Below, in pieces: positions 1-11,008 of a stretch of DNA of 64,000 nt (positions are counted from its first letter, which is position 1; every line of letters begins with the position of its first letter). The notes under the pieces were generated by a model. The model saw nothing but the letters and a program-made list of their open reading frames with translations. It was not told where the DNA came from and ran no database searches. The stretch spans positions 221,687 to 285,686 of the forward strand of contig NW_015163638.1 of the NCBI RefSeq assembly GCF_001447785.1, read 5' to 3'. The position numbers and the translations under genes were made by a program. This DNA comes from Gekko japonicus. Lineage: Eukaryota.

Positions 1-1241
1 TAAGATAAAAATGGATAGCTTTTTTAAGCTTCATTTGGTAAGAAAAGCATTGTATGTGGTATGGGCAAGGTATAAAAAATATTTTCGTGACGTAAGACCA
101 TTGTGGATTGTACCGGTAGAAGCTTTAATATCTTACTCAAGACAGCGAGGTAAAGACTGGTTGCCATATAGAGACTTAATTAAAAAAGAGGGAACAGAGT
201 GGGTAATGAAAAAGCAGAATGAAATTCAGTATGAATATGAATGGTTGAAATACATGCAGATTCATGATCTTTTTAAAACTGATAAAAAAACCTATGGTTT
301 TAGAGAAGAAAAAAATGAAATAGAGAACATTTGGGAGAGTGGAGGGGGAAAATGTCTCTAAAATGTATAAAGTGTTGTTAAAATGGTATACTGAAGATGA
401 AACTGTTAAAGAGCAAATGTTAAAGTGGGCAATAAATATGAACAAGGAAGTGACTATTGAAACTTGGGAATATTTGTGGAAAAAGTCTATAAGAATATCA
501 ACTTGTACCAATATCAGAGAGAACTGTTACAAAATGATGTATAGATGGTACATGACTCCGAAGAAAATAGCAAATATGAACCAAAATATGTCTAACAAAT
601 GTTGGAAATGTAAGAAACATGAGGGCTCATTTTATCACATGTGGTGGACTTGCGAAAAAGCTATGGATTTTTGGACAAAAGTCCACAATGAAATGCAAAA
701 AATACTGAAATGCTCTTTTAAAAAAGCACCTGAAATTCTGCTTTTGGGTCTTAAAATGGAAGAAGTTAACACGACAAAAAGGACTCTACTCTGGTACTTA
801 ATAACAACAGCGAGAATGGTTTATGCACAATCTTGGAAAACAGAGAAAGTACCAGAGATTGAGGATTGGATACAAAAAGTTCTGTTCATGGCGGAAATGG
901 ACAAAATTACGAAAAAGTTGAACAACAAAGAAGATGATGTGTTTTTTACAGAATGGAGTGACTTCAAAATTTATCTGGAAAAGAACTGGGATGTGAAACA
1001 AAATTTAATATGTTTAGATCAATACTAAGTTAAATGTTGTTATCTCAAGACTGTAAGTAAGAAAAATGACATATTTGATTTGATGGAATATGGTAATGTG
1101 AAGAAAAGGGGGGAAGCATTGCAGGAAGCCACAGGAGGGAGGGGAGGTACGGGAATGGGGTAAATAATAGAAATTGAAAATGGTTTAATGTTAAATGTTA
1201 GATTCCTATGAAAAATAATAAAAGTTTGTTTACCAAAAAAA
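1..1241 (+). mobile_element. L1-clade LINE, 3' end of ORF2 plus 3' UTR (5' part outside window), frameshifted
   Basis: ORFs 11-361 and 339-1028 resemble the L1 ORF2 C-terminus, with CCHC knuckle CWKC-x8-HMWWTC; frameshift near 330-355; G-rich 3' UTR, AATAAA 1217-1222, short A tail. Confidence 0.85.
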
Positions 1242-1968
1242 CCCACTGATTTACTGTGAAGTTCAGGGTTACTGTTCACAAGAGGTCTCTGAATAGGCAG
1301 CATATAAGTGCTGTTTTCAGATGAACAGACAGGCTGAATAAACATTTTAATTGTGACAGTCTGTATTAAGATGTTGCAGATTATGATTTATGAGGTGAAT
1401 GACCTTTGAAGCCTTGGTTTTCTGCATTTCTTCTCTCGTAATCAGAGCCACAAAGGAGTGTTCTGCTTTAAGAATACTCTTAGTGTGGCTCCCAGTTTGT
1501 TACACTGTCCAAATTTGGACACTTTAACAGATTAAAATTCAATATCAGTATTCTAAACTACAGTATAATCCTGGTTTAGAATCCCAGTTACTGGAAAACA
1601 ATCAAGTCCCATTGTAACATTTCCAAATTCAGGAGTGTCAAGGTTAGATTCCAGAGGAGTGCATAAATACTCCATACATCTGCTGAAGTGAACTCTAGAA
1701 TAAATTTTGTTAGTCTTTATGGTGCCATTGGACTAGTTTAATTTTGCAACAAATTAGAGAGAAGTCCTAAACTTTTGATTGTCGCTCTGTGCATGATGGG
1801 AGGAAGGACAAAATGCATGACCCTGTGGATTCAAGGTTTGTTCATTTCACAAACAGGTTGTGTTTTGTTCATTGTATTGGGGAGATCATTAGCATACAGT
1901 TCAGTATTAGTTACCTTGCTGCTTGGTTTTAGTATTCAGTGTAAAAACTTGCTGTGTTCTCTTAAAAG

Positions 1969-2068
1969 ATTTCGGGAACGCCTGGGTGTGAAGGTAGTGA
2001 AGGCTCTTAAGAGGAACAACGATGGAGTAACGCATGCTTCCATTGATATGCTTTGTGCCCTCATGTGT
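1969..2068 (+). CDS. DNAJC13: DNAJC13 exon 13
   Basis: aag|[16 protein letters not shown]...LCALMC|gtaagt, 100 bp. Confidence 0.93.
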
Positions 2069-2662
2069 GTAAGTACTATATTTTGTCAAGTATGTTAGAG
2101 TAGAATTTTTATCACCTCTCATGGTTTCGTGGGTTAGTGACTGGCTTCCTTAAGGGAATGAACCCTTATCAGAACCCTCTAAATACATGGCGTTTTACTC
2201 CTTTGGGTATCCACAGTACAGAAAGCTGAAATAAGTGGGGAAGGAATTGGTGTTTGTGTAGCTCCTTGCTTTCCTAACCTACTTAAACCCATGGATCATG
2301 TGACTGTGCTTTCTTTCCCATGATGGCCAGAGAAAAAGGGGAGAGGCTTAAGGGCCTGATGAAGGTTCTGTTAACTGTTACACTTGAGGAGGCTTGGCCT
2401 GCTTGTGAAGGAGGCTCTCTACCTTAAAGACCTTAATTTTTAATGAAAAGAAACTGGTTGTCTTGGCATGTGACATCCTGAATAAAATCTAATATTAGTA
2501 GAACAAGCTATGACTTTTGAATCCGTTAAATTGTATCATGGTCTTCCTAGTATTGTCTATACAGCCATAGCCTTATTACATTAGTGTTCAAATACTAAGA
2601 GCTCTAAAAGATGGTTTGAGGACCTGAAAGAGTTCTGATTTAAATGCTTCCTTTGTCCATAG

Positions 2663-2770
2663 CCCATGCATGATGACTATGACCTGAGGCAAGAGCAGCT
2701 AAACAAAGCATCCCTTCTTTCTTCAAAGAAGTTTCTGGAAAACTTATTGGAGAAATTTAATTCCCATGTG
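2663..2770 (+). CDS. DNAJC13: DNAJC13 exon 14
   Basis: tag|[12 protein letters not shown]...FNSHV|gtaagt. Confidence 0.95.
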
Positions 2771-3084
2771 GTAAGTATTTTTAGATCACTTGAATACTTG
2801 AGGGTGTTTTGTGTGTTGGGAGTAGGTGGGAGACAGCTCCTTCTTGTTAGGTAACTTGGGGGATTTTAAAGGATTTTCACATTTTATCTCCTTACACGTG
2901 TAAGTTGGCTTGTGGTTGATATGGAATTTGATCACATGTCTCCTTAAGTGTTAAATGCTTTGTTTGCATAATGGCATGTGAAAGCTTAAATGAAGACAGT
3001 GTGAAGCAAAAGTTTCAGTATCAGATGGGAGGGATCTGCAAATAAATTTCTATACCTGAAATATCCAAATCTTCTTAATTTCAG

Positions 3085-3240
3085 GAACACGGAACGGGTG
3101 CCCTAGTTATTAGTTCACTTTTGGACTTCCTTACCTTTGCTCTTTGTGCTCCATATAGTGAGACAACAGAAGGGCAACAGTTTGATATGTTACTAGAGAT
3201 GGTTGCATCTAATGGGAGAACCCTCTTTAAACTCTTTCAG
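3085..3240 (+). CDS. DNAJC13: DNAJC13 exon 15
   Basis: cag|[15 protein letters not shown]...FKLFQ|gtgag. Confidence 0.95.
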
Positions 3241-3607
3241 GTGAGATTGGTAATGAGAAATAAGATGGCTTGCAAAAATTATTCCACTTTCTCTATCCTT
3301 GGTTGAAAGCATTCTATAAATTTCATACTAAAGCAATATTTGTGTAAGGGTTTACTAAGGAAAATGTTTACACACACACACATCTAAAAATCTACCTTTT
3401 AATAAACTTGGAGAAGGTAATTCAGCATAGTAAGCTTTTCACGTTTTGTCCAGTATGGTCTGTTCTAGGGGGCTATGGATTTGTGTATTATAAGACCAGA
3501 ACGTGAAATGAGCCCTAAACTAGAACACCAGTTAACATATTTAACAGATTGTGGTAGCCAGAATAGCAACTGTAGTTCTAGATCACTCTATTGTTCTCGA
3601 TGAGAAC

Positions 3608-3903
3608 GACAAAGGTGGAGGGGACTTAACCCAAAATGAATTGGATTAGCAACCAAAAAGTTAAGGAAATCAAAATATAAGGGCCCAATAGTTCTGTGTC
3701 TGAACTTAAAACATAAATATTATCAAATATATTAAAATATACATTTATTTATTACAAATTCAATAAAAACAAATATAGGCCCAAGTAATAGCCTCAGTTC
3801 AGAATAAAATCATATATTAATCCCAAAGATGGACCATTATTGAACTTGACCAAACATGTTTTGGCCATTTGGCCTTCCTCAGCAATTACAATAATGCAGT
3901 CAT
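3608..3903 (-). mobile_element. Probable Penelope-like element relic with decayed hammerhead core
   Basis: Flanked by 14-bp direct repeats TTCT(C/A)GATGAGAAC (3594-3607, 3904-3917); minus strand CTGAGGA-A-GGCC-AAAT-GGCC-AAAACATGT. Confidence 0.45.
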
Positions 3904-3993
3904 TTCTAGATGAGAACATCTCATCTGAGATGTCAATGCTATATTAAAAAATAGTGAGATGCTAGTTGCTTTCTATATCATTCGGTTTTGCAG

Positions 3994-4050
3994 CATCCTT
4001 CCATGGCTATTGTGAAAGGAGCTGGATTGGTTATGAAGGCAATAATAGAG
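3994..4050 (+). CDS. DNAJC13: DNAJC13 exon 16
   Basis: cag|HPSMAIVKGAGLVMKAIIE|gtaag. Confidence 0.95.
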
Positions 4051-4349
4051 GTAAGATTTATTCTGTAACTGTTATCACATCTTATAATGGGAGTAGCTGG
4101 CTTAAACAGCAAACATCTTGTGCAAACTAAACCTTTGGAGACATTATTTTGGGAAGAACAGTTTCTCATGTTCTCTTTGCTATGACGATTGCATGCAGAC
4201 CTATGAGCTTGATTTGACTTCTGTGTAGCTTATAGTTCCAGTTTTTTTCTTGCATGGGTTGCTAAGAACGAAAAGTTCTGCTATGAAACAGTTTCTTGTT
4301 TGTGTGTTCTATTTGAAGTGAATAGGACAGGCTTTCAAGTAAATCTGTC

Positions 4350-4545
4350 TGGTACATTTTCTATCCCACCCTTTTTCTCCAAGGAGTGCAGGGAAGAGCA
4401 TACATGACTCTCCCTTCCCCATTTTATTCTCTCAACTACTTGGGCAAGGCTTGCGCAAGGGTCCCCAGAAAGCTCCACAGTAGAGTGGGGATCAGAACCT
4501 GGGTCTCCCAAATCACAGTCCCACAACTCTAACTGTTGCACCATG
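4350..4545 (-). mobile_element. Old tRNA-derived SINE
   Basis: Reverse-strand tRNA-like head with B-box-like GGTTCTGATCCCC; similar degraded copies near 17770-17960 and 30490-30660. Confidence 0.55.
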
Positions 4546-5007
4546 GTGGATGTCTTCTTGGCACTAGAGTATCCATCCATCCATGAGAGCTGCTGTTGAA
4601 AATTACTTCCATTAAAAACTCAAAGAAGACTAGTAACGATGGCTTATATCTTTTGAGAGCCATTAGCGGAGCAGGACTTCACTGGCTCTCCTACTGTTGC
4701 AGCCCACTGAGCCCTCTAAAATTTAGCCTAGGTGCTTAGCAGAGCCTCCAGAACCTCATAGGGGGCAAAGTGGGGGTCTGCAGTGGGTAGGAGCAATTGT
4801 CAAAAATTACCCCATTCCTCCTCTACCAGAAACACCCTACTGTTGGATGCAGGTGGCAAGGATACCAACCAATAACATTATTAGTAGTGGACCAACTAAA
4901 ATTAGTAAAGCAGTAAGCTGTCTTTCAGATTTTAAGGAACTTTGAATTTGGTTTGATGCGAAATAAAAAAGGGCAGTAGAAAGTGCTGCTGTTAGAAGTA
5001 GTGTACG

Positions 5008-5226
5008 TGAATACACACATGAACACATGAAGCTGTCTTATACTGAATCAGACCCTTGGTCCATCAAAGTCAGTATTGTCTACTAAGATTGGTAGAGGCT
5101 CTCCAGTGTCTCAGGCAAAGGTCTTTCGCATCATCTAGTGCCAGATCCGTTAACTGGAGATGCCAGGAATTGAACCTGAGACCTTCTGCATGCCAAGCAG
5201 ATGCTATGCCACTGACCCACGGCCCC
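5008..5226 (-). mobile_element. tRNA-derived SINE (Squam2/Anolis SINE2-like)
   Basis: Minus-strand head GGGCCGTGG..CAGTGG..AGAAGGTCTCAGGTTCAATTCCTGGCATCTCCAG with (ACACATGA)-like tail; similar to 16505-16716 and 47136-47268. Confidence 0.8.
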
Positions 5227-5330
5227 TCACATCTGCAGTACATTACAATTAACATGTTCCAGAACTTGCTTGTGCCCAATGCAAAAATATTAACACAGTA
5301 CTCCTGGATATGTTGGAATAAAGACGCCAC

Positions 5331-5907
5331 TAGGGGGTGTGCACAAAAAGAGTTTGGTATTTTTCAGGTTCGGGTATACCAAACCTGAAAAATATTGGTA
5401 TATGCCAATATTCCGGAATCCCATTATTGGTATGATAAATTCAGCAATACTGATTATCTCCTGAATCCCAGTATCGGTATGATATTGGGATTCAGGAGAT
5501 AATTGGTATTGCCGAATTTATTCAGCTACATATGTTCCTTTCCCTCCCCTCTGTTTTGCTCCCCCCCCCCTTCCAAGCAGGGGGGAGGAAATGGAGGAGT
5601 TTAAAGGGAAACACACCTTCTCTCTCCGCCTTCCCTCCCTGAATCCCCCCCCCCGCCACAGCTGCAAACCCACTCTGGGAGGGGAGAGAAGGGGTTTAAA
5701 CTTTAAATACCTTTCCTCCACTCCCGGAGTTAGGCTGCAGCTATGACCCAACCCCTTCTCTCTCTGTCAGCTTTTATTTGGGAGGGGGGCTACCTTGGTG
5801 GCTGAATACAGATCTCTGAACTGTTATTTGTCTGATTAAATACCTGAAAAATACCGATGAAGTACCAGTATTTATTCGACTCAGTATATACCGAGCGCAC
5901 TGCCCTA
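5331..5907. mobile_element. Non-autonomous DNA transposon (hAT-like)
   Basis: Termini TAGGGGGTGTGC...GCACTGCCCTA; degenerate 8-bp TSD GACGCCAC/GTAGCCAC; subterminal CCGAAT/GGTAT-like repeats. Confidence 0.65.
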
Positions 5908-6160
5908 GTAGCCACTCTCCCTTTGAAACTGTAAAAGCCATTGGTTACTAGTAATACCAGTAAATTTGAATTGAAACTCTTGGAGAAATAGCACGTTTTA
6001 AAAATAGTGATTCAGTAAAATATCTTTATTTCACTTTGAACACAGTGGCAGGGCTCATTCTCTCCAGTTCCAAATGCTTCAATAATTTATATTGTAATAT
6101 AAAGGCAGAATAACTTAACTAAGATTCTTTCATAGTTATCTTCTTGCCCTGTTTCCAAAG

Positions 6161-6282
6161 GAGGGAGATAAAGAGATAGCAACCAAAATGCAAGATCTTG
6201 CCCTAAGTGAAGGTGCCTTACCTCGTCATTTACACACTGCTATGTTTACAATAAGCACAGATCAAAGGATGCTTACAAATAG
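6161..6282 (+). CDS. DNAJC13: DNAJC13 exon 17
   Basis: aag|[18 protein letters not shown]...MLTN-AG|gtaagt. Confidence 0.95.
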
Positions 6283-6836
6283 GTAAGTCTTGAATTAACG
6301 TCACTTGCCTGATGTTGCTTTTGTGGCCTAGTCACCCCTTTCCTGTAACAGCCTCTTAAGCTCCCATTTACTCCACTTATAACTGATCATTAAAGAGAAT
6401 TTTTGTGGTGACTCTGAGGTCCCTTCCAACTCCATGATTCTGTGACTAAACATTGCTTCTTTGTTCTTGCTTAACCTTCCCAACTATGAATGCAGTACCT
6501 GAAATGATACTGACAGATGCAGAGATACTAGCTGTAAAGTCCAAGGAGTCAAAGTATTATATATAACATGCTTACAATGAATGTCTTATGTTAATAGCAA
6601 TAGAAAGAACTAATGACTACTATGGGTAGTAAAATTACATTTTTTAAAAAAAGGATTGTGTTAAGCTGTCCACTGATTTTTGGGAAAGAACAGTCACAGA
6701 CAAACAAATACAAATTGGGGCTAGGTTGTAAAATATTCAAACTGAGCAATAGTTTGAATACTGTGAAATGGACAGAACTTTAATTTGTTTCCTAGCAAAG
6801 AAATCAGTAACCAGTCTTTCAATTTTCATTTCTCAG

Positions 6837-6912
6837 GCAGCTAAGTAGACATTTAGTGGGCCTGTGGACTGCTGAAAATGCAACTGCTCTGAATTTGTTG
6901 AAGCGTATTTTG
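6837..6912 (+). CDS. DNAJC13: DNAJC13 exon 18
   Basis: cag|[26 protein letters not shown]|gtaag. Confidence 0.95.
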
Positions 6913-7294
6913 GTAAGAGAAACTGTTTTAAGTGTCGCTCTTAATTATATTTATAATATTTTGCAAGTTGACTTAACTGCCCTTCAAACAATAAATGCTT
7001 TAATAGCTGAAGAAGACACTTGTTGAGTGAATGTTACACTGTAATTGTGCTAGTAGAAGAATCTGACATCGCTGAGAACTGCAGTGGGTTTTAGAGAGAG
7101 TTCCCCCCCTCCTCCCAAATCACTGCTCTTTGTAATGTCAGAAGCCAGTTCACAACTTTCAAGGGAGGCACTCTTTGGTTAATTTTTCAGAAGTGGAGGT
7201 GCCTCTGAATACTTGTGTTTTTTATAGGGAAGCATAGATGAGTTCTGGTTATCTAAGCCTGGATCTGAAGAACTGTGCAAATAATTCTGCAAAG

Positions 7295-7505
7295 CAAAAC
7301 AAGAAGTCCCAGTGGTACCTTAAAGACTAAGAACATTTATTCCAGTATGAACTTTCGTGGGACACAGCTCATTTCTTCAGGTGCAACAGGAGAAAGGGAG
7401 ATAAAGGGGTTTCTTTCTCCAATAGTATGTGAAGTGGGATCTCACAAAAGTTCACACTTGAATAAAGGTTCTTAGTCTTTAAGGTACCACTGGACTTCTG
7501 TTTTG
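7295..7505. mobile_element. Penelope-like (pseudo-LTR) palindromic relic
   Basis: ~67-bp inverted arms (7295-7362, 7439-7505) containing CAGTGGTACCTTAAAGACTAAGAAC; hammerhead-like core on minus strand; related single arm near 1690-1755. Confidence 0.65.
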
Positions 7506-8169
7506 TTATAGTAGACTAACACACCCCCACTGGAGTAAACTAATTCTGTACATGCAAGCAGTTTAGATTTGTGTTTCTTAAGAAGCAGTTTCCTTATTGG
7601 ATTAAAAACATCTTTTGAAACTGAGGGTATCTTTAAAAGCAGTTTGTGATACTTTATCAGGATTCTCCTATTCAAAGGGGAAGTCACTAATCCTACTGGA
7701 TATACCCAAACCTTTTTGTATGTCTTACGTAGTTCTTTAGAAACCAGCCTCCAAAGAAGCAATTGTTGTATACAAAACCTTAATATTGTACACAGCGATG
7801 TAAAAGCTGCTTCACACTATTCATTATCCTGTATACAGATGATGATCTCCATTTAAGGTATCAGCAATTACAGAGTCATGTGTGAAAACAATGCAAGCAC
7901 ATATGGTGCGACAACTTATTTAGAAATCACTCTGTAGCATATGTTGGGGATTTGGGAAGGATAAGTAAGTGTGGAATTCCCAAGTCAAAGGTCAAGCTAT
8001 AAAACTGGGGGGAAGGTAGCAGTGAAAGATTGGTGCTATGGAAAATGTTCCAAATATCGGCAGGGAAGAGAGAAAGTATTGTAGCAATCTTATATTGGGC
8101 CAGTACCTCTTAAGCAAAATTCAAACAGAGGACAAGACCTAAACATTTTCTGTAAAAGAGGCTTATAGC

Positions 8170-8364
8170 CAGTGTTCCCTCTAAGCTGAGTTAGTGTGAG
8201 CTAGCTCAGTTTTTTAGCCTCCTGCTCACACATTGCTCAGGAAGGATGGCTCCAGAGCAAACTAATTTATGCAGTAGCCAAATCGCTCGCTCACAACTTT
8301 AATGCCAGTAGCTCACAACGTAGAATTTTTGCTCACAAGACTCCACAGCTTAGAGGGAACATTG
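8170..8364. mobile_element. hAT-type MITE family A, copy 1
   Basis: TIRs CAGTGTTCCCTCTAAGCTG...CAGCTTAGAGGGAACATTG; perfect 8-bp TSD CTTATAGC (8162-8169, 8365-8372). Confidence 0.9.
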
Positions 8365-8539
8365 CTTATAGCTCAGATAAGAAAAGTTAGCTATATGTTG
8401 GATTGTATCCCTTATATTTCAAAGAATATTGTTTCAACTGTGTTCAGTGTCCCTGCCTTGTGTGTGTATACATTTGCTGAGTAGTTCTTAAAATGCATTC
8501 TGATTTGCGTCCATTAATTGGCCTCCCTGCCACAGTTGC

Positions 8540-8773
8540 TGCAGTTTCTGCTACTGATAGGCTGATAAGATCTTTATAGCTCAACCTCACCCCAATTGTT
8601 CCCAGTTTTAGGATTGCTGAATAATTACTTGCTGCCATGCCCATCTTTTAACTGTTTTAACTGGTTTTATTGCTTAATATCTACTTTTAATCGCTTATTA
8701 ATTGTAATTTATTGCTGTAATCCGCCCTGAGCCCACTTGCGGGAAGGGTGGGATATAAATCTAAATAAATAAA
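8540..8773 (+). mobile_element. LINE 3' tail fragment (L2-like)
   Basis: Ends in TGTAATCCGCCCTGAG...GGGATATAAAT(CTAAATAAATAAA), a typical squamate L2-type 3' end. Confidence 0.5.
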
Positions 8774-8874
8774 TTTTGAGTTCGGGAAACTGAATGTTAT
8801 TTAAAGAAATGTTACAATGTTATAAAGAATGTAAAGTAGTGTTCTTTCTTTTTTTTTTTCTTTTGTGGCTGAAG

Positions 8875-8970
8875 CCATTCGGCTTGCTATCGTACCTTGA
8901 CAGCAATGACCCAGTTCCTGAAAAGGATGCTGATCGGATGCATATTAGAGATAACTTAAAAATTGCAAAT
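8875..8970 (+). CDS. DNAJC13: DNAJC13 exon 19
   Basis: aag|[32 protein letters not shown]|gtaagt. Confidence 0.93.
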
Positions 8971-9125
8971 GTAAGTATAAATGGAAGTGGGTTTGAATTC
9001 TTTCTGTGCATTTTGCTATTTGCCTGGTACCTATTTTTGGGAAGGCACTAATAATTTAAAATATGTTTCAGATGTTCAGTTTGTGTACCCAAGAAATGAA
9101 TTTTGATTAGACCTTTGTTCTGTAG

Positions 9126-9269
9126 GATCAATATGGCAAGTTTAATAAAGTGCCAGAGTGGCAAAGACTTGCAGGAAAAGCTGCTAAGGAGGTTGAAAAA
9201 TTTGCCAAAGAGAAGGTGGATCTTGTTTTGATGCACTGGAGAGACAAAATGGGAATAGCACAGAAAGAG
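9126..9269 (+). CDS. DNAJC13: DNAJC13 exon 20
   Basis: tag|[12 protein letters not shown]...IAQKE|gtaag. Confidence 0.95.
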
Positions 9270-9384
9270 GTAAGACTCTTGGTGCATGATGCAAAGCATG
9301 CTTACTTGGAACTGAGGTTTCCTGGAACTCAGTGGGACTTGTTTTCTACTTCTTTACACAGAGAGGGATTAAAATGTAGAATTT

Positions 9385-9648
9385 GCTGTCAGAGGATGTA
9401 GTGATGACCACAGGAATAAACAGCTTTAAAAGGGGATTAGATAGATTCATGGAGGACAGATCTATCGGTGGCTACTAGTCATGGTGACTGAGGGGAACCT
9501 CCACATTCAGAGGCACTAAACCCGTGACTCCCAAAGCCAGGAGGCAACATCAGGGGATTGTCTCAGCCTCTATGCCCTGTTGTCCATTGTGTGAGACAGG
9601 CTGGACTAGATGGACCATCGGTCTGATCCAGCAGGGCTCTTCTTATGT
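9385..9648 (+). mobile_element. CR1-type LINE 3' fragment
   Basis: ORF2 end FKRGLDRFMEDRSI plus 3' UTR; highly similar to 32212-32470. Confidence 0.75.
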
Positions 9649-10993
9649 AAATATGCATAAGATTGTAGCCTTAATATTCTGTTACAGCATTTCAGCATCT
9701 TCTGATTGATTAGCCCGCACACCTCAAAACTATTTCATTTAATTATTGATACTGTAGGAGCAACTCTGGAGTTCTTATGTGTTCCCCTTTGTCATCTTTT
9801 GTTTTTTAATTGTATTCAAAATAATTAAGAATAATGGAGATACCTTCATTATAGGTTATGATAGGTCTTGCCTGTTGCACCCAAACAGGGTGTTAAAAAT
9901 TAGGAACTGGAGATCCCTGCTCATTCATAGCTTCAGTCATGAATTGTGGTCATTGGGCTGTTCCATATGGGGAAATTTTGAATAGACTAGGAAAGATTCC
10001 AGTTCTTAATGCTGGACAAGAATATTGCCGCTACTCAATTCCCCCCTTTCCTTCATTGTTAGGGATTGTGAAATTTATTGGACTTGTATATGCTTGTTTA
10101 GTTCAAAAACTGCTTTTAAGAAGTGGTCTCCTTTTGGTTCATAGCTGTTCTTGATTGGTTAGATGGGTGCTGAGGGGCAACAATCATGTTTTTGACAGTA
10201 AATGTGTGTAGACTGCATGCATAAGAGGCACCATCCATACCGGCATATTTTGTTGTACTTGCCTTGTTCCGTTCTTTTCCTCTTGTTGTGATTCTGCTGT
10301 GGGGCTGAGTTAGCTGTGCAGCTGGGTCCCGTTTCCCTCTTCTGCTGGGCCATGCTTTTATTCGTCTTTTGTGCATGGGGCTAGCTTGTGGTTCTGTTAG
10401 AGCAGTCAGGAATCGATCGGTTGAAACAAGCACAGTCTGAGTCAAAATTACCTGTTTGCTAAAGTTGCAGTTCTGTTAACAAGCAAGGGCTTTCTGCTTT
10501 ACTTTGCTCTTGGCATGGCAGTGGTGAGGGTAAAATGCATCTCTGTAGCTTCATAAGTAAATAAGCTATATGTGGAGGATTGAGCTTTGCATTGAATTAT
10601 AGGCACATTGAGCTTGATACCGAATTATCGTGAGCAATGCTATTTTTTTAATGGGATGAAATGGAAAATCAGGCACTAGTGCCATATATATAAAAAACCC
10701 TGCCTTTTGAGTTGCTCAGTTTATGGCATGTTCTGAGAATTGTGGTTAAGCTTTCCAGAACTGCATGTGTTACAAGCAAAACTACTAATGGTCCCAAAAA
10801 ATAGAGTCCATTTTAAGTTACGTGTAGACCAGAGATTGACTTGTGGGTTTAGGTTTCTGCCTTTGCTATTTAGTGATCATGTTGACAGTGAGGCTTATTA
10901 TACAGTATTCTAGCTATTGCAAACTTTTGTGAGCCACCTCTTCTTGTCAAATATTGAATTTTGTTTCTTTTTCTGCTTCCCAAATACAACCAG

Positions 10994-11008
10994 GACAGAA
11001 ACAATATG
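10994..11008 (+). CDS. DNAJC13: DNAJC13 15-nt alternative microexon (DRNNM) between exons 20 and 21
   Basis: Polypyrimidine tract, TGC, cag|GACAGAAACAATATG|gtgagt; phase 0-0 and frame-preserving. Confidence 0.8.
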
